DNA from: Thermoplasmatota archaeon
GTDB taxonomy: Archaea; Thermoplasmatota; SW-10-69-26; JACQPN01; JAJPHT01
Direction: 5' to 3'
Assembly (NCBI GenBank): GCA_035553595.1
Contig: DATMKA010000193.1
Coordinates: forward strand, 1-47,889
Length of the DNA: 47,889 bases
The notes under the pieces are model-generated. The model was not told the DNA's origin. It worked only from the letters and a program-made list of their open reading frames with translations, and did not search any database. The position numbers and the translations under genes are program-made. Below are positions 24,400-32,968 of the stretch, in pieces. The stretch's first letter is position 1; every line of letters begins with the position of its first letter.

Positions 24400-27241
24400 A
24401 GCCCCCAAGCAGGTGGAAGGGGCCTTCCGGCTGCTTCTCCCGCAGCTCCAGCAGTTCCTCGAGGCGGAGGGTTTCACGCGGCCCACGGCAGCGCAGGAGG
24501 CCGCCATCCCCTCGGTGCTCTCGGGAAAGCACACGCTCCTCATCGCGCCCACCGGCATGGGCAAGACGGAGTCCGCCGTGATCCCGCTCTTCAACCGCCT
24601 CCTCGAATGGAAGCACGAGGCCCCCGAGAAGGACCGCAAGGGGATTCACCTCATCTACGTCACGCCGCTTCGTGCCCTGAACCGCGATCTCATGGCGCGC
24701 CTCCACACCTGGGGGAAGGCCTTGGGGCTCGACGTGCGCGTCCGCCACGGCGACACAAGCCAATCCGAGCGGAACCGCCAATCCCGCAACCCGCCGGACG
24801 TCCTCATCACCACGCCCGAGACGGTGCAGGTGCTCCTCACGGGAAGCCGCCTCCGGGAGGCCCTCACGAAGCTGAAGTACGTCGTCATCGACGAGGTGCA
24901 CGAGCTCGCGCAGGATGAGCGCGGCGCCCAGCTCGGGATCGGCCTCGAGCGCCTCTGCGACCTTGCGGGCGAAGTCCAGCGCGTCGGGCTCTCCGCCACC
25001 GTGGGCCGGGACGTGGAGGTGGCCGCCTACGTGGGCGGGCCCTCGCGGCACGTGGAGATTGTGAAGGTGCCCGTCGCGAAGGAGCTCCAGCTCATGGTGG
25101 AGAGCCCCGAGCCCGGCCCCGCAGACATCCGGACCGCCTCGAAGCTCATGTGCAAGCCCGACGCCGCGGCCTACCTCAACCGCGCCTTGGAGCTCGTGGA
25201 GGAATACCGGCAGACGCTCCTCTTCGTGAACACGCGCGAAACGGCGGAAGTGCTCACGGCCCGCGTCCGCATGCTGGACGCGGAGTACCCGCTCGGAGTG
25301 CACCACGGGAGCCTCAGCAAGGACGCTCGTGTTTCCGCCGAGGAGCAGTTCAAGCGCGGCATCCTGCGGGGCCTCATCAGCACGAGCAGCATGGAGCTCG
25401 GGATTGACGTGGGCGCCGTGGACCTCGTGGTGCAGTACGGCTCCCCCCGGCAGGTGACGCGACTTGTGCAGCGCGTGGGCCGCGCCGGCCACCGCCACGA
25501 CCTTACGAGCAACGGCGTCCTCCTTACCACGGAGCCCGACGACACCATCGAGGCGCTCGTGATCGCAAGGCGCACCAAAGGGGAAGCCCTCGAGGTTTTC
25601 TCCGCACCCCGCAAACCCCTGGACGTGCTCGCGAACCAGCTGGTCGCCCTCACGGTGGAGCGGAAACGGATGAGCGCCCGCGAAGCCCACCGCATGGTCA
25701 CGAAGACCCATAGCTTCGCGAACCTCCTCTGGGACGAGTTCGAGGAGACGCTCAAGCAGATCCAGCAGCAGGGCCTCGTGTGGTACGAGAACGGCGAGTT
25801 CGGCAGCCGCAAGCGGAGCCGCGAGTACCTCTATGAAAATATCAGCATGATTCCCGACTCGAAGACCTTCCGCGTTGTGAACATGGTGACGAATCGAGCT
25901 GTCGCCACCCTGGACGAGGCCTTCGTAGCGAGCTTCATCGAGCCCGGCGCCTCCTTCATCGCGCAAGGGCAAGCGTGGCGCGTGGCCGAGATCGTGGAGG
26001 ACAAGGACGAGCTGCGCGTCGAGCCCATCAAGGACCCCCTCGGCGCCATCCCGAGCTGGATCGGCGAAGAGATCCCCGTCCCCTGGGAGGTGGCCCAAGA
26101 GGTGGGCGCCCTCCGTGGAAAGCTGCGGCAGCTCATGCAGGAGGGCGGGGAGGCCGAAGCCGAGCGCTACCTCCTCGTTTACTACCACGCGAGCGAGAGC
26201 GCCGCCCGCAAGGTGGTGGCCTACGTCAAGGAGCAGGGCCACTACGTGCTCCCCACGGACAAGATGCTTACCCTTGACGTGGGAGAAGGCACGGTCGTCA
26301 TCAACTGCTGCTTCGGGAGCAAGGTGAACGAAACCCTCGGCCGCCTCCTGTCGGGGCTCCTCACGGCCCGCCTCGGCACCTCCACGGGCCTGCAGGTGGA
26401 CCCCTACCGCATCATCCTCACCGTGCCGGGCCGCACCTCCCCAACGACGCTGCGGGACATGATTCTCCAGCTCGACCCGGAGACGGTGGAGCCTCTCATG
26501 ATCCGCCTCCTCTCCTCAAGCCACTACCTGCGGCAGCGCATGGTGCACGTGGCCCGCAAGTTCGGCGCCCTCGAACGGGAGGTGGACTACAAGAAAATCA
26601 GCCTCGCCCGCCTCATGGACGCCTTCAAGGGCACCCCGCTCTACCGCGAGGCCATGCGCGAGGTCTTCGAGGACAAGCTCGACGCCGAGAAGACGAAGGA
26701 GGTGCTGAAGAGCCTCCGCGCCGGCGAGATGGAGCTCATCGTCCAAGAGCTCTCCCCCATCGGCGCCGCAGGCATCGACACCCGCATCGAGCTCGTGAGC
26801 CCCGCCCGCGCCGACAAGACCCTGCTCGAGGCCCTGCGCAAGCGCTTGGAGAACGAGCGCGCGATGCTCGCCTGCCTCAACTGCCGCGAGTGGAGCGCCG
26901 AGACCCGCGCCGGGAGAGCCCTCGAACGCAGGCAGTGCCCCGAGTGCAAAGCGCGCATGATCACGATATTCCGCCCCTGGAACGACATGGGGAAGAAGGC
27001 CGCCACCAAGAAGGGCCCCCTCACGCCCGAGGAGAAGGGGGAGCTGAAACGGCTGCAGACCGCCGCCAATCTCATCATGGACCACGGCGCGAAGGCCATC
27101 CTCGCGCTTATGGCGCGCGGCGTGGGCCCCGACGTGGCGGGCCGCATCCTCTACAAGCAGCGCTCCGACGAGGATGCCTTCCTACGGGACTTGCTGGAGG
27201 CGGAAGTGACCTACGCCCGCACCCGTCAATTCTGGGATTAG
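24392..27241 (+). CDS. lhr: Lhr-family ATP-dependent DNA helicase (DEAD/DEAH box plus DEAD-associated domain)
   Basis: LIAPTGMGKTE (I), VVIDEVHEL (II), LSATV (III), VHHGSLSKD, TSSMELGIDVG, QRVGRAGH (VI). A long winged-helix/associated region and a C-terminal CxxC...CxxC zinc ribbon (CLNCREW...CPECKARM). The ATG at 24392 overlaps the MPE stop (ATGGCTGA). Confidence 0.85.
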   Translation: MAEAPKQVEGAFRLLLPQLQQFLEAEGFTRPTAAQEAAIPSVLSGKHTLLIAPTGMGKTESAVIPLFNRLLEWKHEAPEKDRKGIHLIYVTPLRALNRDLMARLHTWGKALGLDVRVRHGDTSQSERNRQSRNPPDVLITTPETVQVLLTGSRLREALTKLKYVVIDEVHELAQDERGAQLGIGLERLCDLAGEVQRVGLSATVGRDVEVAAYVGGPSRHVEIVKVPVAKELQLMVESPEPGPADIRTASKLMCKPDAAAYLNRALELVEEYRQTLLFVNTRETAEVLTARVRMLDAEYPLGVHHGSLSKDARVSAEEQFKRGILRGLISTSSMELGIDVGAVDLVVQYGSPRQVTRLVQRVGRAGHRHDLTSNGVLLTTEPDDTIEALVIARRTKGEALEVFSAPRKPLDVLANQLVALTVERKRMSAREAHRMVTKTHSFANLLWDEFEETLKQIQQQGLVWYENGEFGSRKRSREYLYENISMIPDSKTFRVVNMVTNRAVATLDEAFVASFIEPGASFIAQGQAWRVAEIVEDKDELRVEPIKDPLGAIPSWIGEEIPVPWEVAQEVGALRGKLRQLMQEGGEAEAERYLLVYYHASESAARKVVAYVKEQGHYVLPTDKMLTLDVGEGTVVINCCFGSKVNETLGRLLSGLLTARLGTSTGLQVDPYRIILTVPGRTSPTTLRDMILQLDPETVEPLMIRLLSSSHYLRQRMVHVARKFGALEREVDYKKISLARLMDAFKGTPLYREAMREVFEDKLDAEKTKEVLKSLRAGEMELIVQELSPIGAAGIDTRIELVSPARADKTLLEALRKRLENERAMLACLNCREWSAETRAGRALERRQCPECKARMITIFRPWNDMGKKAATKKGPLTPEEKGELKRLQTAANLIMDHGAKAILALMARGVGPDVAGRILYKQRSDEDAFLRDLLEAEVTYARTRQFWD

Positions 27242-27546
27242 GCAACGGCCCCGCCCACCACCGCCCCACCCACGAACAGGAGCCCGGTGACGACAAGGAT
27301 TGTGAGAAGGATTCCTGCCGCGATGCTGCCCCAGAAGGGGTAGTAGAAGGCGAGCACGACGAGCCCGATCGTGAGGACCGTTCCCGCAAGAAGGGCCGTG
27401 GCGAGGCCGCGGGTGGCCGTTCCCGCGCGCTTGCCCCCCGCGTACCCCGCGATGAAGGGGCCAAGGAGGGGGAGCCAGGAGAGGAGCACGAACAGGAGGG
27501 AAGCAACGACGGTCCCGAGAAGGACACTGCCGCGGCGGCGAGCCAT
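27238..27546 (-). CDS. small hypothetical membrane protein (3 TM)
   Basis: 102 aa, MARRRGSVLLGTVVASLLFVLLSWLPLLGPFIAGYAGG..., almost entirely hydrophobic and Gly-rich. G/C-rich third positions. Confidence 0.5.
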   Translation of the reverse strand: MARRRGSVLLGTVVASLLFVLLSWLPLLGPFIAGYAGGKRAGTATRGLATALLAGTVLTIGLVVLAFYYPFWGSIAAGILLTILVVTGLLFVGGAVVGGAVA

Positions 27547-27859
27547 GAAGGAGGCAGCCGAGGGCCGGGGCTTAAGGCTATGGAAAGCCGCGGTGCGCGG
27601 ACTGATGGCATTTCCCGCGGGAGTTGTCCTCCAAGATGCATTCCGGCGAGCCTAAATACCCCTTTTTTCAACCCGTTTTCGCCGTCTCCTCCCCGCTCGG
27701 GATGCACGCGGGGACTGAACCCTAGCGTCGAGGCTGGGGCTGCGCGCGCCGCGCCGGCAAGCTCACCAAGGAGGAATCCGCCTGTACTCGCACGAAGAGC
27801 CCACGCTCCCCACCGCCACGACCAGCGCCGCCTCACGCCCCACCTCAGAAGCCCACCGC

Positions 27860-28309
27860 ATGCACCGAGCGCTCCGCACCCTCGCCGCGCTCGCGGATGC
27901 GCCGCACTTCACGCCCATGGAGCGCCTCCACCACCTCCTCACGATCGGGTGCGTCCAGTTCCGGATGCCTCTTGGCGCGGTGTTCCGGACGGGCGTGAGC
28001 GAATGCGCCCTCGTGGCGGGGCTCCATGATGGCGTCCCCCTCGCGGAAGGAAACCTCCTCCCGGCCTGCACCGCGGACGGGCGCCTCACGGCTCTCGTGG
28101 AGGTGGAGGGCCGCACCTACGGGGCCCTCGTGTTCACGAGCCTCGACACGGACCCCGAGACGGTGACGCCCAGGGAACGGCAGTTCCTGAACCTCCTCGC
28201 GGAGTACGCCGGCATCGTGGTCGAGATGATGCTGAAGGAGGCCAGCGCCGCGCCCGCGCGGGAGGAAGAGTCCGTCCACGCGAGCGCGCCGGCCGCCGCG
28301 ACCACCTGA
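27860..28309 (+). CDS. stand-alone GAF-like domain protein
   Basis: 149 aa. The pattern ...LLTIGCVQFRMPLGAVF...LVEVEGRTYGALVFTSLD...RERQFLNLLAEYAGIVVE resembles a GAF sensor fold with no output domain. Confidence 0.5.
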   Translation: MHRALRTLAALADAPHFTPMERLHHLLTIGCVQFRMPLGAVFRTGVSECALVAGLHDGVPLAEGNLLPACTADGRLTALVEVEGRTYGALVFTSLDTDPETVTPRERQFLNLLAEYAGIVVEMMLKEASAAPAREEESVHASAPAAATT

Positions 28310-30886
28310 TCAGCGGGCCGCGGGCGCGGCCTTCCCGGGAGCGGCGGCCGCGGCCGCCGCGGCCCGCTCGCCGCCAAGGGGGCGCCAGCCGCGCAGGAGG
28401 GCGCTGTTCGTCACGACGCTCACCGAGCTCAGGCTCATGGCGGCCGCAGCCAGGATGGGGTCGAGGGTCCAGTTGAGGCCCACGAGCAGGGGGAGGCCCG
28501 CCGCGAGCGGGATCAGGATGATGTTGTACCCGAAGGCCCACCCGAGGTTCTGCTTGATCTTGCGGAGCGTCTTGCGGCTGAGGTCGAGGGCCGCGGGGAC
28601 GTCCCGGAGGTCGGAGCGGACGAGGATGATGCCGCCCGTTTCCATGGCGACGTCGGTGCCGGCGCCCATGGCGATGCCGAGGTCGGCCTGCGCGAGGGCG
28701 GGCGCGTCGTTGATGCCGTCGCCCACCATGGCCACGCGGCGGCCCTGCTGCTGAAGGCGCTTCACCTCCGCGGCCTTGTCGCCAGGGAGGACGCCGGCGA
28801 GGACGCGGTCCACGCCGACCTCTTGCGCGATGCGCTCGGCGGTCGCCGGGTGATCGCCCGTGATCATGACCACCTCGAGGCCCATGCGCTTCATTTGGGC
28901 GATGGCCGCGCGGCTGCCCTCCTTGACCGTATCGGCCACGGCGAGGAGGCCGAGGGCGCTCCCGGGCTTGGGGCCGTTCGCGCGCGGCGCGAGGCCCATG
29001 CCGAGAACCACCTTGGGCTTCGCGAGGGCGACCGCCACCACCGTTTTGCCTTCCGCCTGGAGGCGGGCCATGGGGTCGCGCAGAGAGGCGACCTCGATCC
29101 CCTCGGCCTCAAGATAGCTGAGGTTCCCGATGAGGAGCTGCGCGCCCTCCACAGTGGCCCGCAGGCCCTTGCCGGGCACGGCCTCGAAGTCCTGGGCCGC
29201 GGGGACGGCGAGGCTGCGGGCTTTCGCGCCCGCGACGATGGCGCGGCCGATGGGGTGCTCGCTTCCGGCTTCGGCCGCAGCGGCAGCGCGGAGCATCATC
29301 TCCTCGGTGATGCCTGGGGCCACGACGACGACGTTCGTGAGCTCGGGCTTCCCCTTGGTGATGGTGCCCGTCTTGTCGAGAAGCACCGTGTCGACGGCCT
29401 TCGCGCGTTCCAGGCTCTCCCCGCTCTTGATGAGGAGACCGTGCTCCGCGCCCTTCGCCGTGCCCACCATGATGGCCGTGGGCGTCGCAAGGCCCATGGC
29501 GCACGGGCAGGCGATGATGAGGACGGCAATGCTCGAGAGGAGCGCGAAACTCGTGGGCTCGTACCCGTAGGAGCGGACGAGGTCGGCGCCTACGGTCATC
29601 CACGCAATGCCGGACAGGAGCGAGAGGACGATGACCGCGGGCACGAACACGGCGCTCACACGGTCGGCAAGGGCCTGGATGGGGGCCTTGCGCACCTGCG
29701 CTTCCTCCACGAGCTTGATGATCTGGCTGAGCAGGGTTTCCTCGCCGACCCGAGTGATCTCCACAGTGAGGGCGCCGGACTGATTCATGGAGGCGCCCAC
29801 CACCTCGTCGCCGGGCGTCTTCGTGACCGGGAGGGATTCGCCCGTGACCATGCTCTCGTCCACGGCGCTGCGGCCCGCGACAACGCGGCCATCCAGGGGA
29901 ACCTTCTCGCCGGGGCGCACGACGACGCGGTCCCCCACCTGCAGGGTGTCCACGTCCACCTCGACCTCTTCGCCGTCGCGCAGCAGGCGCGCGCGCTTCG
30001 GTTGGAGCGCGAGGAGGCGCGCGAGGGCCGCGGAGGCGCGGGACTTGCTCTTCGACTCCAGGTACTTCCCGAGGAGGATGAGGGTGATGATGACGGCGGC
30101 CGTCTCGTAGTACATCTGGTGTCCCGGCAGGATGGCGGGGAACAGCGTCTCCGTGAGGGAGGCGGCGTAGGCCGCGCTCGTGCCCACCGCGACGAGGGTG
30201 TCCATGTTGGCCGTGCGGTTCCGCAGGGCCTTCCACGCACCGCGGAAGAAGGGCCAGCCCGAGTAGGCCATCACGGGGGTCGCGAGGGCGAACTCCACGT
30301 AGGGCTGCCACAGCCAGTGGACGCCGAGGACCATCGCGCCCATGCTGAGCGCGAAGAGGGGAACCGTGAAAAGCGCGGCGAACACGAAGCGGCGCCAGCG
30401 GGCCCGCATGTCGGCGGCGTAGGCTTCGGCGGCCTCCGCCTCGCCCGTTCCCTTCCGTTCCTCCACGACGCCGTACCCTGCGCGCTCAACGGCTGCGACG
30501 AGCGCCTCCCGGGGGGCGGTGCCGCGAACGGCCGCCTTCTCGGTGGCGAGGTTCACCGTCGCCTCGGTCACGCCCGGCACGCCCCGAAGCGCGGTTTCGA
30601 TGGCGCGGACGCAGTTTGCGCACGTCATGCCCGTGAGGCGGAGCGTGACCGCCCCCTTGGGCGAGGGGGGCGCGATCACTTGGTAGCCGGCGCGCTCGAC
30701 GCCCTCCGCCACGGCCTCAGGGGCGGCGGGCGGGTCGGCGAGGGTCACGGTGAGCTTTTCGAGCGGGAGGTTCACGGAGGCGGCGGCCACGCCAGGCACC
30801 TTGCCGACCACGCGCTCGATGGTGCGGGCGCAGTTGGCGCAGGTCATGCCGCCGATTTTCAGGGAGAGGGTTTCAGGGTCCGTCAT
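28310..30886 (-). CDS. copA: copper-translocating P1B-type ATPase
   Basis: Two N-terminal HMA domains (GMTCANC twice), TM CPC motif ([11 protein letters not shown]), DKTGTIT phosphorylation site, [13 protein letters not shown]. Start at the internal ATG (CAT 30884-30886). Confidence 0.9.
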   Translation of the reverse strand: MTDPETLSLKIGGMTCANCARTIERVVGKVPGVAAASVNLPLEKLTVTLADPPAAPEAVAEGVERAGYQVIAPPSPKGAVTLRLTGMTCANCVRAIETALRGVPGVTEATVNLATEKAAVRGTAPREALVAAVERAGYGVVEERKGTGEAEAAEAYAADMRARWRRFVFAALFTVPLFALSMGAMVLGVHWLWQPYVEFALATPVMAYSGWPFFRGAWKALRNRTANMDTLVAVGTSAAYAASLTETLFPAILPGHQMYYETAAVIITLILLGKYLESKSKSRASAALARLLALQPKRARLLRDGEEVEVDVDTLQVGDRVVVRPGEKVPLDGRVVAGRSAVDESMVTGESLPVTKTPGDEVVGASMNQSGALTVEITRVGEETLLSQIIKLVEEAQVRKAPIQALADRVSAVFVPAVIVLSLLSGIAWMTVGADLVRSYGYEPTSFALLSSIAVLIIACPCAMGLATPTAIMVGTAKGAEHGLLIKSGESLERAKAVDTVLLDKTGTITKGKPELTNVVVVAPGITEEMMLRAAAAAEAGSEHPIGRAIVAGAKARSLAVPAAQDFEAVPGKGLRATVEGAQLLIGNLSYLEAEGIEVASLRDPMARLQAEGKTVVAVALAKPKVVLGMGLAPRANGPKPGSALGLLAVADTVKEGSRAAIAQMKRMGLEVVMITGDHPATAERIAQEVGVDRVLAGVLPGDKAAEVKRLQQQGRRVAMVGDGINDAPALAQADLGIAMGAGTDVAMETGGIILVRSDLRDVPAALDLSRKTLRKIKQNLGWAFGYNIILIPLAAGLPLLVGLNWTLDPILAAAAMSLSSVSVVTNSALLRGWRPLGGERAAAAAAAAPGKAAPAAR

Positions 30887-30962
30887 GATGGGGTCCGGGA
30901 GGGTTGGGTTCTGGTAGGGAGCGAGAGGGGATGAGGGCTTGCTTCGGGGGATGGGAGCGTGC

Positions 30963-31181
30963 TCACGCGCCGCGGACCTCGTAGCCGGCCGCGGCCACGG
31001 CCTTCGCCACGGCGTCGCGGGAGGCAGCGCCGGCGGCGGATACCGTGAGGGTGGCATCGTTCAGGTTCACGCGGGCGCTCGTGACGCCGGGCACGCGGCT
31101 GGCGGCGCGCTCCACGGTGCGGGCGCACCCGCCGCAGGTCATGCCGTCCACCGTCAAGACAAGGGGTTCGTTCTCGGTCAT
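30963..31181 (-). CDS. copZ: copper chaperone, HMA domain (CopZ-like)
   Basis: 72 aa from the internal ATG (CAT 31179-31181): [26 protein letters not shown]... with the GMTCxxC metal-binding motif. Directly upstream of copA. Confidence 0.8.
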   Translation of the reverse strand: MTENEPLVLTVDGMTCGGCARTVERAASRVPGVTSARVNLNDATLTVSAAGAASRDAVAKAVAAAGYEVRGA

Positions 31182-31313
31182 GGGTTCTCCGCGCCCCACA
31201 AGGGGCAAGCAGAGTAGAGAAGGAGGTAATTAAGGGACCTTCGCTTAACGAATGGAAAGCCGGTGGGAGGGCCAAGAAAAATAAGAGTCTGGCGGACCCG
31301 TGTTGGGTTCCGC

Positions 31314-31691
31314 TCAAGTGGGGGTCACGGGGTTGTGGCTCGTCGCGTTCACGGGGAACAGCTGGTAGTCCCGCTGCCCCATCGTGCCCTTGACGGCCTG
31401 CGCCGCCTTCCCCACGAGCCCGGAGCCGATGACGAACCCCGTGATTGCCGCGTACCGGGCGGGGCGGCTCTGCATGAGCGTGAGCGCGGTGGCGGCAAGG
31501 CCGAAGCCTGCCGCGAGCGCCGCGGCCTTCTCCTTCTTGCCCCAGGATTCGGTGACGGCGTGCCAGGGGCGGCGGCCCGCCACCCACTCGGTCGCCCAGG
31601 TTCGGCCGGCGGCGTAGGCCGCGCACGCGGCGGCCGCGCTATGGAGGGTTTTCGTGACGGGAGGCATCCCTCCCGCCTCGATCCGATCCAC
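31314..31691 (-). CDS. hypothetical small protein with two hydrophobic segments
   Basis: 125-aa ORF with strong G/C third-position bias. Hydrophobic stretches AALAAGFGLAATALTLM and AAITGFVIGSGLVG. An alternative ATG lies at 31667. No family recognised. Confidence 0.45.
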   Translation of the reverse strand: MDRIEAGGMPPVTKTLHSAAAACAAYAAGRTWATEWVAGRRPWHAVTESWGKKEKAAALAAGFGLAATALTLMQSRPARYAAITGFVIGSGLVGKAAQAVKGTMGQRDYQLFPVNATSHNPVTPT

Positions 31692-31719
31692 GGAAAGGAG
31701 TTCCGGCCGCTTCCCCGCT

Positions 31720-32961
31720 TCAGGGAAGGATCACGGACTCGCCCGTGACCGGCAAGTGCACCTTCGCGAACTCGCCGAGGGCCTCCGCGAGGGGGCCACG
31801 GTTGTCGCTGTGGAAGAGCACGATGTCCTGGGCGCGGCAGGCGCGCGCGAAGGCCACAATCTCGTCGTGGCCCGCGTGGGCGCTGAAGTCGAAGCGGCGG
31901 ACCTCGCAGGCCACCTTCTCCGTGACGCCGGCCACGTTGAGCGTGCCCGTCTCGAGGAGGTTGCGGCCACCGGACCCGGGCACCTGGAAGCCCGTGAAGA
32001 AGACGGCGGACTTGGGGTCCTTGTGCATCTGCTCCACGTAGTGCACCGAGGGACCGCCCTCGAGCATGCCCGAGGTGGCGACGATGACATCACCCTGGAG
32101 GGCGCGCTCACGCATGTGGCGGCTCTTCACGAGGTGCGTCCGCTGGAAGGCCTCGTTGAGGTCGCGGGGGCTCTTGAGGTAGCGGGACTCCGCGAGCATG
32201 ATCTGCGTCACGGTCTTCCCCATGCCGTCAAGCCACACCTCGTACCCGGCCTTCGCGAGAAGCAGCAGGATCTCCTGCGTGCGCCCCGTGGCGAAGCTCG
32301 GGACGAGGACGCGGCCGCCCTGGCTCACGATGCCGTCCACGGCGTCGAGGAAGGCCTCCTCGGTCTGCTTGCGGTCGGGGTGGTTGCGGCCACTGTAGGT
32401 GGCTTCGATGATGAGCGTGTCGCAGGGGACGGGCTTCGCGGGCTTCTGCAGGCGCGTCTCCACGAGGTTGATGTCGCCCGTGAAGAGCGTGGTCTTCCCC
32501 GCCTGCGGGTCCCGGACCTCGAACATGGTGCTGCCGGGGATGTGGCCTGCGCTGTGGAAGCGCATCTCCACACCGCGGCCCGCATCGAAGGTCTCCCCGT
32601 GGTGGATGTGCTCGAAGGCCGCGTTCATGGCCTCCACGTCCTCCATGGTGTAGGGGTAGGGGTAGCCTTCGGCCTTGCAGATCTTCAGGGAGTCCCTCGC
32701 GAGCAGGTCCGCGATGGGCGAGCTCACGGGAGTCGTGTAGATGGGGGCCCGCCGGTGGCCGGCAAACCAGGGGAGGTAGCCGGAGTGGTCGAGGTGGGCA
32801 TGGCTGAGGAAGGCCATGTCCACGTCGGGCGCAGGGTCAGGGTACTGGGGCGGGTCGGAGGGCGCGATACCATAGTCGAAGAGGTAGCTGTTGCCAGCCA
32901 CCTCCATGACCATGCCGAGCCGACCGACTTCGTTGACGCCGCCGAGGAACTTCAGCCGCAC
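31720..32961 (-). CDS. beta-CASP metallo-beta-lactamase-fold ribonuclease without KH domains (aCPSF2-like)
   Basis: MBL motif LSHAHLDHSGYLP, then HSAGHIPGS, the beta-CASP region (IIEATYSG, VLVPSFATGRTQE) and C-terminal FSAHAGHDE. 413 aa. GTG start 7 nt after the stop of the upstream giant gene. Confidence 0.8.
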   Translation of the reverse strand: MRLKFLGGVNEVGRLGMVMEVAGNSYLFDYGIAPSDPPQYPDPAPDVDMAFLSHAHLDHSGYLPWFAGHRRAPIYTTPVSSPIADLLARDSLKICKAEGYPYPYTMEDVEAMNAAFEHIHHGETFDAGRGVEMRFHSAGHIPGSTMFEVRDPQAGKTTLFTGDINLVETRLQKPAKPVPCDTLIIEATYSGRNHPDRKQTEEAFLDAVDGIVSQGGRVLVPSFATGRTQEILLLLAKAGYEVWLDGMGKTVTQIMLAESRYLKSPRDLNEAFQRTHLVKSRHMRERALQGDVIVATSGMLEGGPSVHYVEQMHKDPKSAVFFTGFQVPGSGGRNLLETGTLNVAGVTEKVACEVRRFDFSAHAGHDEIVAFARACRAQDIVLFHSDNRGPLAEALGEFAKVHLPVTGESVILP

Positions 32962-32968
32962 CGGGCCT

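Noticed and set aside
24254-30934. ORFs 24254..26242 (-), 26890..28029 (+), 27108..27836 (-), 28823..30934 (+) and 29109..30311 (-)
   Set aside because: They are shadows of lhr and copA or run across non-coding spacers. All are R/P/G/H-rich with no motifs, and they conflict with strongly supported genes.
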